DNA from: Planctomycetota bacterium
GTDB lineage: Bacteria; Planctomycetota; UBA11346
Direction of reading: 5' to 3'
Assembly (NCBI GenBank): GCA_038213805.1
Contig: JBBQSO010000011.1
Coordinates: forward strand, 4,205 to 68,204
DNA: 64,000 nt
Shown here: one piece after another, positions 41,508 through 51,556 of the stretch
Layout: every line of letters begins with the position of its first letter
Numbering within the stretch: the stretch's first letter is position 1
Position numbers and translations under genes: made by a program
Notes under the pieces: generated by a model
Told to the model about the DNA's origin: nothing
The model's database searches: none
Seen by the model: only the letters and a program-made list of their open reading frames with translations

Positions 41508-43055
41508 TCATTCCTTGCTGCGCGCGCGGTGCTCCGCCAGCGCCGCACGCACCGCGCGCAGCAGGCTGAGCGAGGTGAACGGCTTCTCGATGAAGCCGAT
41601 CGCCGCGCCGGGCGCGCCGCGTGGCAGCAGGTCGCGCTCAACGTGGCCGGACATGAACAGCACCGGCGTCTCCCAGCCCTCGGCGACCAGGCGCGCGGCC
41701 AGCTCCTGGCCGTCCATCGTCGGCATGATCAGGTCGCTCAGCACCAGGTCGATGCGCCGCGCGTTGGCGCGGTAGAGCGGCAGCGCCTGGGCGCCATCGC
41801 TGGCGCTCAGCACCTCGTAGCCGTGGCCGGTCAGGATGTCACAGGCCAGGGCGCGCACGTCCGGGCTGTCCTCGACCACCAGCACGGTGCCGTCGGCCTG
41901 GTCGGTCGGCAGGGCCTCCTCGGACACGTTTGCGCCGGGCGGCTCGCCCTCGGCGCGCGGCAGCAGGATGGTGAATGCAGCCCCGGCGCCAGGCGCGCTG
42001 TCGACGCCGATATGGCCGCCGCTCTGCATGACGATCCCGTAGACCGTCGCCAGGCCCAGACCGGTCCCCTTGCCGACCTCCTTGGTGGTGAAGAACGGCT
42101 CGAAGATGCGCCGCCTGGTCTCGGCGTCCATGCCGATGCCGGTGTCGTGCACGCATAGGCGCACCCAGTCTCCGGGCTGGTCGGGCATGGCGTCGCACCG
42201 TGCAGTGGCCAGGGTCAGGGTGCCGCCGTCGGGCATCGCATCGCGGGCGTTGACCGCGAGGTTGAGCAGCACCTGCTCAAGCTGGCTGGGGTCGGCGTGG
42301 ACGATGCATGGCTGCGCCGCGAGCTGCAGGTCCACCACGATGCGCGTGTCGAGCAGCCGGCGCAGCATGCGGTTGAGATCGCGTACCAGCACGTTCAGGT
42401 CGACAAAGCGCGGCAGCAGCACCTGCCGGCGGCTGAAGGCGAGCAGCTGGCGCGTCAGCCGCGCCGCGCGGCCCGCGGCTGCGAGGATGTGTTCGACGTG
42501 CACCCGGCGCCGATCGTCGACCGCGATGCTGGCGAGGTGGACCTCGCCATAGCCGGCGATCACCGTCAAAAGATTATTGAAGTCGTGGGCGATTCCCCCT
42601 GCCAGCTGCCCGACCGCCTCCATTTTCTGGGCCTGCCGCAGGCGTTCCTCAAGAACGGCGTTGGCGGTGATGTCCTGGGCCACGCCGATGATGCCGACGA
42701 TGCGCCCGTGCGCATCCCGCAGTGACTCCAGGCGGTTGCGGTAGATGTGGTCCTGCCAGCGGCTGTCATAGGTCACGATCTCGCCGGCGAGCGCGCGCAG
42801 GTGCTCGGCGATCGGCGGGAAGGACCGGTCGTCGGTCTTGAAGAATTCGTAGATGGTCTTTCCGACGGCCTCACCGGGGGCCAAGCCGAGGAAGACCAGC
42901 CCCGCGCCATGCGACGAGGTGAACCGCAGGTCCGCGTCCATGGTCCACATCACGGCGGGGACCTGGTCGACCAGCCAGCGCAGATTGGCTGCAAGCTGGG
43001 CTGGCGTGAGGGCCGCCGCAGGGGGCTGGTTGTCAGCTTCAGGCGGGACAGCCAT
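41508..43055 (-). CDS. Hybrid PAS histidine kinase with receiver domain (CckA-like architecture)
   Basis: PAS ([11 protein letters not shown]), [57 protein letters not shown]. Confidence 0.95.
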   Translation of the reverse strand: MAVPPEADNQPPAAALTPAQLAANLRWLVDQVPAVMWTMDADLRFTSSHGAGLVFLGLAPGEAVGKTIYEFFKTDDRSFPPIAEHLRALAGEIVTYDSRWQDHIYRNRLESLRDAHGRIVGIIGVAQDITANAVLEERLRQAQKMEAVGQLAGGIAHDFNNLLTVIAGYGEVHLASIAVDDRRRVHVEHILAAAGRAARLTRQLLAFSRRQVLLPRFVDLNVLVRDLNRMLRRLLDTRIVVDLQLAAQPCIVHADPSQLEQVLLNLAVNARDAMPDGGTLTLATARCDAMPDQPGDWVRLCVHDTGIGMDAETRRRIFEPFFTTKEVGKGTGLGLATVYGIVMQSGGHIGVDSAPGAGAAFTILLPRAEGEPPGANVSEEALPTDQADGTVLVVEDSPDVRALACDILTGHGYEVLSASDGAQALPLYRANARRIDLVLSDLIMPTMDGQELAARLVAEGWETPVLFMSGHVERDLLPRGAPGAAIGFIEKPFTSLSLLRAVRAALAEHRARSKE

Positions 43056-43238
43056 GACCAGACGCTATGACCACCCCTGGGGAGCCAAGCAGTGTTCCCA
43101 CGCCCAGTCGGGTCGCGTGCCGGTCAGTGCAGAGTGGCAGCAAGAATTGCCCGACATGATCGGACCAGGGGTATCATCTCCTGGTCGAACACCGGTGGCA
43201 TCCGCAACTTCCGGCGTCCATGACCGTACAAGGTTACG

Positions 43239-45668
43239 ATGACTAGATTCAGCCAGCCGACGCGCCTCGCCCGCTTCCCCGCCCTCTGTGGCGGGTTTTT
43301 TGCGTTTTGGGGGTTGCTAACCTTCGACAACGCGGCCTGCGCGGCCGATGATGCACGTCAGGTTTCGGCAGCCTACGACAAGGACATCAAGGGGCTCATC
43401 CGGGTCGCCTGCTACAAGTGCCATGGACCGGACAAGCAGAAGGGCGACCTCAACCTGTCGACCATCGGCGACGGCGCCGCCGCCCTCGCCGCGCTCAAGA
43501 CCTGGCACGATGTGGCCGAAAAGGTCCAGAACGGCGAGATGCCGCCGAAGAAGTCAGATCCCCTCGCCGCCGCCGACAAGGCGAAGCTGCTGGCCTGGAT
43601 CAAGGCCGCCAAGGCGACCGCGCCTGCCGACCCCGGCCGCGTCACCATCCGTCGCCTCAACCGCGCGGAGTACAACAACGTCATCCGTGATCTTACCGGG
43701 CTCGACCTCAAGCCGTCGGCGGAGTTTCCCGAGGACGACGTCGGCGATGGCTTCGACAACATCGGCGACGTGCTGACCATCCCGCCGCTGCTGATGGAGA
43801 AGTACCTGATCGCCGCCGACCAGGTGCTGGAGAAAGCACTCATCACCGAGCAGCCGACCTTCCATGTCGAAGCCGCGCAGTGGAGCGTGCTCGACGACGG
43901 CAAGGAGCGCGCGCCGGCCACCGACGCCAAGAACGTGTCGTTCACCGCCCTCGGCGAAGTGCGCGGCTTCCTGTCCTTCCCGGTCAGCGGCCGCTACACG
44001 GTCAAGATCAAGGCGGGCGGCGACCAGGCTGGGAACGAGCCGGTCATGCTCGGCGTCAAGGTCGACGACAAGCTGGTCGCACCGGTGAAGGTCCTGCAGA
44101 AGTCCGCGTCGGTGGTCAGCGTGGTGATCGACGTCAAGCGCGGCATGCGTCCGGTGGCGATCGCCTTCATGAACCCCTTCAACGAGGCCGACGCGGCCGA
44201 ACCACTGCCGCCGGCCGCCCCCGTCAAGCCGGGCGCGGCCAAGCCGGCGACGCCCGGGGCCACGGCCAAGGCGCCCGTCGCTCCGGCCAAGTCAGCCAAG
44301 GCGCCGCGCGTGCGCGCCCTGACCGTCGAGAGCTTCGACCTGATCGGCCCGCCGACGCCGGCGCTGCCCGAGAGCCACCGCCGCATCATGATCGCGCGCC
44401 CCGACGCGAAAACCGCGAAGCGCGACGCCGCCAAAAGCATCCTCGAGGCCTTCGCGACGCGCGCCTACCGCCGTCCCATAACCAAGGAGCAGGGCGAGCG
44501 CCTGCTCGCGGTCTTCGACGTCGCCGACAAGAATGGCGAGGTCTTCGGCGAGGCGGTGCGCCTCGCGCTCAAGGGCGTGCTGGTCTCGCCGGCCTTCCTC
44601 TTCCGCATCGAGGTCGACCGTCCGGGCGACGCCGCCGGCATCTACAAGCTCGATGACTACGACATCGCCTCGCGCCTGTCGTTCTTCCTGTGGTCGTCGC
44701 TGCCCGACGAGGCGCTGCTTGACGCGGCGAAGGCGGGCAAACTCGGCAGCGATCCCAGCGAGATCGAGCGCCAGGTCGCGCGCATGCTCAAGGATCCCAA
44801 ATCACGCGCGCTGATCGACAACTTCTTCACCCAGTGGCTGGGGCTGCGGAAGCTGAGTTTCATCCAGCCGGACAGCAAGATATTCCCCGAATTCTCGCCC
44901 GAGCTGCGCAAGGACCTCTACGACGAGGTCATCGCCTTCGTCGAGAACCTGATGCGCGAGGACCGCAGCGTCCTCGAGATCCTCGACGCCGACTACAGCT
45001 TCCTGAACGCGCGCCTGGCCAAGCACTACGGCCTGCCGGCGGTGCCGGGAACCGCGCTGCGCAAGGTCAAGCTCACCGACGCCAACCGCGGTGGCGTGGT
45101 GACCATGGGCGGCATCCTCGCCATCACTTCGCTGCCGACGCGCACCAGCCCAGTGAAACGCGGCAAGTGGATCCTTGAGCAGATCCTGGGCGATCCACCG
45201 CCACCGCCGCCGCCGATGGTCGAGGCGCTCGACAAGGGGAGCGAGGGCGCCGGCGTCACCCTGACGGTGCGCCAGCGTCTGGAGCGCCATCGCGCCGACC
45301 CGGTGTGCGCGTCCTGCCACGAGCGCATGGATCCGATCGGCTTCGGCCTCGAGAACTTCGACGGCATCGGGCGCTGGCGCGACCAGGACGCCGGCAACGC
45401 GCTCGACACCAGCGGCGTGCTACCGAGCGGCCAGCAGTTCAAGGGCCCGATCGAGCTGCGCCGCATCTTCGCCGAGCGCAAGGAGCAGTACCTGGCGTGC
45501 CTGAGCGGCAAGTTGTTGACCTTCGCCCTCGGCCGGGGCGTCGAGCTCAGCGACGAGCCGGCGATCCAGAAGATCAGCGACGCGCTTGAGGCCAACCAAT
45601 ACCGCTTCTCGGTGCTGGTCACCGAGATCGCCAAGAGCTACCCCTTCCTCTACCGCAAGCGCCTCTGA
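43239..45668 (+). CDS. DUF1592/DUF1588-type planctomycete cytochrome c protein (PSD/PSCyt domains)
   Basis: CYKCHG, IRRLNRAEYNN, GFDN, RAYRRP, ASRLSFFLWSSLPD, TSPVKRGKW, CASCHERMDPIGFGLENFD. Confidence 0.93.
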   Translation: MTRFSQPTRLARFPALCGGFFAFWGLLTFDNAACAADDARQVSAAYDKDIKGLIRVACYKCHGPDKQKGDLNLSTIGDGAAALAALKTWHDVAEKVQNGEMPPKKSDPLAAADKAKLLAWIKAAKATAPADPGRVTIRRLNRAEYNNVIRDLTGLDLKPSAEFPEDDVGDGFDNIGDVLTIPPLLMEKYLIAADQVLEKALITEQPTFHVEAAQWSVLDDGKERAPATDAKNVSFTALGEVRGFLSFPVSGRYTVKIKAGGDQAGNEPVMLGVKVDDKLVAPVKVLQKSASVVSVVIDVKRGMRPVAIAFMNPFNEADAAEPLPPAAPVKPGAAKPATPGATAKAPVAPAKSAKAPRVRALTVESFDLIGPPTPALPESHRRIMIARPDAKTAKRDAAKSILEAFATRAYRRPITKEQGERLLAVFDVADKNGEVFGEAVRLALKGVLVSPAFLFRIEVDRPGDAAGIYKLDDYDIASRLSFFLWSSLPDEALLDAAKAGKLGSDPSEIERQVARMLKDPKSRALIDNFFTQWLGLRKLSFIQPDSKIFPEFSPELRKDLYDEVIAFVENLMREDRSVLEILDADYSFLNARLAKHYGLPAVPGTALRKVKLTDANRGGVVTMGGILAITSLPTRTSPVKRGKWILEQILGDPPPPPPPMVEALDKGSEGAGVTLTVRQRLERHRADPVCASCHERMDPIGFGLENFDGIGRWRDQDAGNALDTSGVLPSGQQFKGPIELRRIFAERKEQYLACLSGKLLTFALGRGVELSDEPAIQKISDALEANQYRFSVLVTEIAKSYPFLYRKRL
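43278..43301 (+). terminator. Terminator-like hairpin plus U-tract inside the 5' end of the DUF1592 ORF
   Basis: CCCGCC-CTCTGT-GGCGGG-TTTTTT. Confidence 0.4.
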
Positions 45669-45691
45669 CCTTCGTCCCAAAGGACCTTCCC

Positions 45692-47044
45692 ATGTCCATG
45701 AACTGGCTGATCTCCCGCCGCACCGCGCTCAAGGGCCTCGGCGTCGCCGTCGGGCTGCCCCTGCTCGAGCAGATGGGCTGGGCCGAAGACCCCAAGAAGG
45801 CGGTGCGCGCCCCGGTGCGCATGGCCTTCATGCATTTCGGGATGGGCGTGATCCAGGAGCATTGGAAGCAGCAGGCCAAAGGCGGTCCGCTGCCGGCCAT
45901 CCTCGAGCCGCTCAAACCGCACCTGGCCGATGTGCTGGTGCTGAACGGACTCGCCCAGCGCTCCGCCCAGGGCGGCGCCGACGGCGCTGGCGACCACGCG
46001 CGCGAGGCCGGCTGCTACCTCACCGGCGTGCGCCTACGCAAGACCAGCGGCAAGGACATCCAGGCCGGGATCTCGGTCGACCAGCTCGCTGCGCAGAAGG
46101 TCGGCGCCTACACCAACCTGCCCTCGATCGAGTTGTCGATCGAGGGTGGCTCGGGCTCGGGCGACTGCGATTCGGGCTACAGCTGCGCCTACTCGACGAA
46201 CATCTCGTGGCGTTCGGCGACCCAGCCGATGGCCAAGGAGATCCGCCCCAAGGCGGCCTTCATGCGCCTGTTCGCCGATCGCGGCCAGTCCAATGCCGCG
46301 CAGGTCCAGGCGGCGCTGACCGCCGAGAACAAGAGTCTGCTCGACCTGGTCGGCGAGGAGACCGCCGCCATCAAGGGCAGCCTTGGCGGCAACGATGTGC
46401 GCAAGGTCGACGAGTACCTGGAATCGCTGCGCTCGCTCGAGAGCCGCATCCAGAAGATCAGCGGGCGCGAGGAAGAGGGCGCCGCCGGCGGCGGCAAGAA
46501 CCAGCTGGTGGTCCCGAACGGCGTGCCCCAGGACTACGCCGAGCACGCCAAGCTGATGTTCGACATCATGGCGCTGGCCTTCCAGGCCGACGCCACGCGC
46601 ATCGCCACCTTCATGATGACCAATGGCGGCTCGGGGCGCAGCTACCCGCAGATCGGCGTGATGGGCGGCCACCACGACCTCTCGCACCACGGTGCCGACC
46701 AGACCAAGAAGGACGGGATCAAGAAGATCAACATCTACCACATGCAGCAGTTCGCCTACTTCCTCGAGAAGCTCAAGAGCATGAAGGAGGGCAAGGGCAC
46801 CGTGCTCGACAACAGCATGCTGATGTACGGCTCGTGCATCGGCGACGGCGACCGCCACAACCACGACGACCTGCCGATCGTCCTCGCCGGGCGCGGCGGC
46901 GGCACCATCGCCAGCGGCCGCATCGTGCCGTCGGCGCGCGGCAACCTCTGCGACCTCTACCACGGCATGTTGCTGCGCATGGGCGTTGAGGTGCCGAACT
47001 TCGGCGACAGCTCGGGCAAGCCGTTGCCTGATCTGGTCGGGTAA
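45692..47044 (+). CDS. DUF1552 (HXXSHH) family protein, Tat-type signal
   Basis: SRRTALKG, SVDQLAA, CDSGYSCAY..NISW, HHDLSHH, HNHDDLP. Confidence 0.94.
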   Translation: MSMNWLISRRTALKGLGVAVGLPLLEQMGWAEDPKKAVRAPVRMAFMHFGMGVIQEHWKQQAKGGPLPAILEPLKPHLADVLVLNGLAQRSAQGGADGAGDHAREAGCYLTGVRLRKTSGKDIQAGISVDQLAAQKVGAYTNLPSIELSIEGGSGSGDCDSGYSCAYSTNISWRSATQPMAKEIRPKAAFMRLFADRGQSNAAQVQAALTAENKSLLDLVGEETAAIKGSLGGNDVRKVDEYLESLRSLESRIQKISGREEEGAAGGGKNQLVVPNGVPQDYAEHAKLMFDIMALAFQADATRIATFMMTNGGSGRSYPQIGVMGGHHDLSHHGADQTKKDGIKKINIYHMQQFAYFLEKLKSMKEGKGTVLDNSMLMYGSCIGDGDRHNHDDLPIVLAGRGGGTIASGRIVPSARGNLCDLYHGMLLRMGVEVPNFGDSSGKPLPDLVG

Positions 47045-47136
47045 GTGGTGTTGCGCATGACAGGTCACGCGAGCGCGCGGCAATATCACGGATGATGTTC
47101 TCGCCCTTCCGCCGCGTTCCACGAAGGGATTACCCC

Positions 47137-48540
47137 ATGCTGCTCCGCACGCTCGCCCTGGTCGGCCTTTTCGCCGCCGCCGCTCTGGCCGGAGCCATGG
47201 AGGAGGGCGACCTGCGCGAGAAGGACATCGCCGATCCCAAGGACCCGGTCGCGAGCATCAGCCTCAAGGTCATCATCCACTACGCCATTGAGGTGCCCAA
47301 GGCCATCGCCCCGGCCGGCACCACATCTCCCGACCAGCAGGTCGGCCTGTTCGTGTGCTTCCACGGCCGCGGCGGCAATGCGCGCGGCGAGGCCGACGCC
47401 TTCCTTGGCATGCTCAAGCGCGAGAAGCTTGAGGGGCAGTACATCGTACTCGGCGCCAAATCCCTGGCCGACGGCTGGGAGGCGGTCGACATGCCGCCAG
47501 TGGCGCAGCTCATCACCTGGGCGAAGAAGACCTATCCGGTCAACCCGCGCCGAGTCTACTGCTTCGGCATGAGTTCAGGCGGCGGCTTCTGCGGCGACTA
47601 CACGCTCGCCCATCCCGAAACCATCGCCGCCGGCATCATGTATGGCAGCGGCCTGTGGAAGGTCCCGGCGGCGAAGGATCCGGTCCACACCATGCCCGAG
47701 ATCTACATGAACATGGGTCTGGACGACGACGAGGCGCACAAGGCCAGCGCGCGCGGCGGCTACCAGAAGTTCAAGGATCTCGGCTACCACGTCATCTACC
47801 ACGAGATCGAGGGCCTGCCGCACAGCGAGCACCACCCGCCGACGAACAGCGACGCCATCCAGTGGGCGGTGCGCCTGCGCCACAAGACCATGATGCCCTC
47901 GCCCGAGGAGGTCGCGCTGTTGAGGCCGGTCAACAAGGACGCCCGGACCATCGCCGCCGACGCCAAGCCCTTCGCCGACGTCGCCCTGGTCGGCGGCTTC
48001 GCCGCCGGCGAGGTGATGACGCGCCTGCTCGACACCAAGGATCCCACCGCGCGCACGCTTGCCGCCAGCACCTGCAGCCTGAGCCAGTTCGGCGAGGGCA
48101 CCTTCACCCTGCTCGCGCACAAGCTCAAGGACCCCACGCCCGAGGTGCGCAGCGCTGCCATCGCCGCGCTCGGCCCCTTCGCGCGCTGGCGCACGCCCAT
48201 CGCGCAAGAGACCCTGATCGTCGTCGCCACCGCCAAGCGCTGGGACCTCGCCGAGCGCCAGGCCGCAGTCGCCGGCCTCGCCGACGCGGTGAAGTTCCAG
48301 GTGCGCGGCGTCTACCAGGACCCGCCCATGTTCCGCGCGCTGGTGACCCTGCTCGACGACGAGGACGCCACCATCCGCACCACCGCCTGGACCGCGCTGA
48401 AGAGCATCCAGGAGAGCACCTACAGCCCCGACGACCCCAAGCCGAAGCGCCAGTCCGCGCTCGCCAAGTGGGAGGAGTGGCTCGCCGTGATCACCAAGAA
48501 GGAAAGCCCCGAGCAGGGGACCACCGCCAAGAAGCGCTGA
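47137..48540 (+). CDS. Exported alpha/beta-hydrolase (esterase-like) with HEAT repeats
   Basis: Signal peptide; FHGRGG, GMSSGG nucleophile elbow, D and H candidates; LKDPTPEVRSAAIAALG, LDDEDATIRTTAWTAL. Confidence 0.8.
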   Translation: MLLRTLALVGLFAAAALAGAMEEGDLREKDIADPKDPVASISLKVIIHYAIEVPKAIAPAGTTSPDQQVGLFVCFHGRGGNARGEADAFLGMLKREKLEGQYIVLGAKSLADGWEAVDMPPVAQLITWAKKTYPVNPRRVYCFGMSSGGGFCGDYTLAHPETIAAGIMYGSGLWKVPAAKDPVHTMPEIYMNMGLDDDEAHKASARGGYQKFKDLGYHVIYHEIEGLPHSEHHPPTNSDAIQWAVRLRHKTMMPSPEEVALLRPVNKDARTIAADAKPFADVALVGGFAAGEVMTRLLDTKDPTARTLAASTCSLSQFGEGTFTLLAHKLKDPTPEVRSAAIAALGPFARWRTPIAQETLIVVATAKRWDLAERQAAVAGLADAVKFQVRGVYQDPPMFRALVTLLDDEDATIRTTAWTALKSIQESTYSPDDPKPKRQSALAKWEEWLAVITKKESPEQGTTAKKR

Positions 48541-48639
48541 CCTGTCCGGGCCGGCCACGATACTCATTCAATGACCACTGCCCCTGCCGTCGATCGCATC
48601 ACCCCGCCAAGCCACGCTTCAGAACGCTCCCAGGAAACC

Positions 48640-49497
48640 ATGCCCATGTCCCGCACACTCCTTCCATGCGCCCTGCTGCTCTGCACTGCCGCGCTCTCAC
48701 CGGTGCATGGCGCTACTGCCGCGCCCCCGGCTGCGCCCGGGGATCCCACCGAGATCGTGCCCCTGAAGAAGGCCAAGCTCTTCATCTGGGAAGATTTCGA
48801 GGCCACCGACGTCGGTAAGATCCCCAAGGGCTATTCCCCGAGGGGCTCGGTAGGCGTGGTCGACGACGTCGCCCACTCCGGCCGGCGCTCACTCCGTCTG
48901 AACGCGGCGGTCAGCGGCGCCCGCCAGATCGTGAAGCAGGGTGCCGAGATCGCCGCGATCGGTGGCTCGCACTGGGGCCGCCTCTACTACAAGGTGCAGC
49001 TGCCCTCGCCGCTGCCCGCTAACGGTGGCATGCACACCACCATCGTCGTCGGCGCCGCCAAGAGCCCGCTCGACAAGGGCGGCATCGAAGTGCGCCTGAT
49101 GGGCACTTCAACCGGTCAGGATGGAGATTTCCGTTACTTATTCAACGTCCAGGCCAAATCATATGAGTTCGGCCCCGCCGCCAAGACGGCGTCAAAGTAC
49201 AGCGACGAGTGGACTTTGGCCGAGTGGTACGTCGACTACGCCACCCAGACCTACCGCTTCTTCATCAACGGCGAGGAGATCCCCGAGATCGCCGTCCACA
49301 ACGGTCAGGGTAAGTTCGACAAGTCGGAGATCCCCGAAGCCTTTGATTCCCTGGCCTTCGGCTGGCAGAACTACCAGGCCGCCGCCGGCACCGGCTTTGT
49401 GGCCTGGATGGACGACATCGCGGTCAGCAAGGACCGCATCGGGGCGCAAATGCTGATCCCGTTGGCGGGTGAGAAGCCGGGGAAGAAGAAAAAGTAG
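48640..49497 (+). CDS. Exported beta-sandwich protein (Cip1/polysaccharide-lyase-like fold)
   Basis: Signal peptide; WEDFE, AHSGRRSL, HWGR.YY, WTLAEW..D, FGWQNYQ, WMDDIAVS..RIG. Confidence 0.65.
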   Translation: MPMSRTLLPCALLLCTAALSPVHGATAAPPAAPGDPTEIVPLKKAKLFIWEDFEATDVGKIPKGYSPRGSVGVVDDVAHSGRRSLRLNAAVSGARQIVKQGAEIAAIGGSHWGRLYYKVQLPSPLPANGGMHTTIVVGAAKSPLDKGGIEVRLMGTSTGQDGDFRYLFNVQAKSYEFGPAAKTASKYSDEWTLAEWYVDYATQTYRFFINGEEIPEIAVHNGQGKFDKSEIPEAFDSLAFGWQNYQAAAGTGFVAWMDDIAVSKDRIGAQMLIPLAGEKPGKKKK

Positions 49498-49607
49498 GAG
49501 AGTGGGCGATCGCCTGCCGTGAGGGCCGGCGATCGCCACCGAGAATGAGCGGCAGATGAAGCGGGTAACCGGTTGATGGGGGCCAGTGCGTGCCAATCGA
49601 CGAGATA

Positions 49608-49640
49608 CCCGTAGGCGATGGTCGTCGCATCGCCTACGGG
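49608..49640. terminator. Perfect 13-bp hairpin between convergent genes
   Basis: CCCGTAGGCGATG-GTCGTCG-CATCGCCTACGGG; a second hairpin lies at 49505-49537. Confidence 0.6.
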
Positions 49641-49660
49641 CATCAAATCTCCATGCCATT

Positions 49661-50215
49661 TTACGGCTTGAGATCGAACACTCCCATCGTCGCGCCCTGG
49701 GCGTCAGTGACCGTAAGGTGCAGAGACCAGGGGACCTCTACGGCCTTGGTATGACCCTGATCCCCCAAGAGCGAGTAGTTGCCCTTCATATCCAGGCGCT
49801 TGAAGGATTTGGGATCAATGGTGATGGCTGACTTCCCGTTGACCTGGATGACGTCCCGCGCACTGCGCATGCCGCTGGTCGAGTACAGGAATCGCTCCGT
49901 GAGATCCTCGGCGGGCAGTTCGTTGCCGGCCGGGATGCTGGGGTAGATATTTTTCTCGGACAGCACCTGAAGGCCATCCCAGATCGGCAAACCGGTGGCG
50001 CGTGCGAAGAGGACGACCTGCTTGTCCGAATGGTTGTCGACCTTGATGCGGTAGGCAACGTGTTCGGTCGTCTGGCGCCAGCAGACGAGGGTGACTGTCA
50101 CATCACCGACCGTCTGCATCGGTCCATCCTTCTCGCCGTAGACCTGCTCCCGGTCTCCGCAACCGACGAAGGTGAGACAAAGCGCCGCGACGGCGAGAGC
50201 AAGCAGATGACGCAT
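49661..50215 (-). CDS. Hypothetical lipoprotein
   Basis: MRHLLALAVAALCLTFVGC lipobox; 3' part of ORF 49661..50791. Confidence 0.75.
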   Translation of the reverse strand: MRHLLALAVAALCLTFVGCGDREQVYGEKDGPMQTVGDVTVTLVCWRQTTEHVAYRIKVDNHSDKQVVLFARATGLPIWDGLQVLSEKNIYPSIPAGNELPAEDLTERFLYSTSGMRSARDVIQVNGKSAITIDPKSFKRLDMKGNYSLLGDQGHTKAVEVPWSLHLTVTDAQGATMGVFDLKP

Positions 50216-50253
50216 GGAAAGTCCTTGGGTTGGAATCGGTGAGGATGAGGGAA

Positions 50254-50742
50254 TCAGCTGGACGCTGCGACGGTGACCGTGAATTCGACGAAATTGTTGT
50301 TTTCGTTGGTCTCGGCGAAGGCGCCCACATCGTCGATGGTGATGCGATAGACCGCAGCGCCGGCGGTGGCCGTGATCGGAACGTCGACGTCGATGAAGCC
50401 GAAGGCCGCCAGCGACGGCACGATTCCGCTCATGAATGCCACGCCGTTCTTCTGGATGGTCCAGTGGACGTTGGACACCGTGGAGTGGAAGCCGTTGCCG
50501 ATGTCGAAGCGGAGGATCGGCGAGGGGGTGGCAGTGGTGATCGTGGCCGGGACGGTCTGCGCCCCTTGAAAGAACCCGAGGTCGTTGTCGCCGAATTGGC
50601 CGGTGGTCGTCCCATTGATGAATTGTGGAGGTGTATTCCCTGATCCGCCACTGCCGCTCCCGCCGCCGCCGTAGCCACAACCGGTGAGCATGGCGATGGT
50701 TCCGACCACGGTTGCAAGGGAGGCAAAGGCAGAAGTCCGCAT
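50254..50742 (-). CDS. Lipoprotein with CARDB-like Ig domain
   Basis: Lipobox MLTGC, Gly/Ser linker, C-terminal IDDVGAFAETNENNN. Confidence 0.75.
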   Translation of the reverse strand: MRTSAFASLATVVGTIAMLTGCGYGGGGSGSGGSGNTPPQFINGTTTGQFGDNDLGFFQGAQTVPATITTATPSPILRFDIGNGFHSTVSNVHWTIQKNGVAFMSGIVPSLAAFGFIDVDVPITATAGAAVYRITIDDVGAFAETNENNNFVEFTVTVAASS

Positions 50743-51121
50743 GTGATGATGCCTGGTAGTGGGGGACGGAAGACCCCGATCGTAGCGGCACGCAGTTTGA
50801 GGGAAGCTTGGCAACCTCAGGTTTCGGGGATGGGCGAAGGACGCAGCAGCCGACCGTGAGTCACGAGCACTAACCCGTGCCCAGATCCTGGTATAGGTGC
50901 CTATGCACCGCGCCCGCTACCGCGACCGAGCCCAGTAGTGAGCCCGCCCCGAGCCCTTGCGCCGCTGGCACAGAACCCCACACGTCACTCCGGTCCTCCA
51001 CCTTCTCCCTCTCTGGTCTTATCGCGCTGCGGTCCGTTCCCGCCAAGTCCCACGCGGCAGCGGCGGTTACTGCCGGGTCTCGCCTCTCCGGCGTAGCACG
51101 GCAGGCGGTCGCGCCGCCCGC

Positions 51122-51475
51122 TCAGTCGAAATGCTCATCGTGTGGATCAAAGGCCGGAACCGGGATGTTGACGATCTTGAGCGCGCCAAGCGCGCGGTGG
51201 CGGCAGCCGGGCTTGATCAGCACGGTGCTCAGGGGCTTGACCGGGATGAGCTCGCCGTCGAGTTCCATGAAGCCTTCGCCCTCGAGGATCAGGTAGATCT
51301 CGGTCAGCTTGGTGTGGTAGTGGGTGCGTGCGTCGGCCTGGATGTCCACGTAGTGGATGGTCGCCACCGCATTGTCCGGGGTGGCGAAGGCGCGCCGCGT
51401 CCAGCCGCAGGGGCAGCGTTGCGGTTCGAGCTCGTCCAGTTGGGCGAACAGGTAATTTTTCACGGTCGCGGTCAT
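51122..51475 (-). CDS. Cupin domain protein
   Basis: CPCGWTRRAF, THYHTKLTEIYLILEGEG, IKPGCRHRA. Confidence 0.9.
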   Translation of the reverse strand: MTATVKNYLFAQLDELEPQRCPCGWTRRAFATPDNAVATIHYVDIQADARTHYHTKLTEIYLILEGEGFMELDGELIPVKPLSTVLIKPGCRHRALGALKIVNIPVPAFDPHDEHFD

Positions 51476-51556
51476 GGCGGGTCCTCGGGGCAGGCGGGCT
51501 GCGCGCTGGTGCGCGGCCGGTGAGCCGCCTAGGATAGCGCCCGGGCGCGGGGGACC

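Noticed and set aside
50800-50860. c-di-GMP-I riboswitch-like GGCAA...GGACGCA
   Set aside because: Wrong strand for the adjacent gene, and the P2/GAAA elements do not fit
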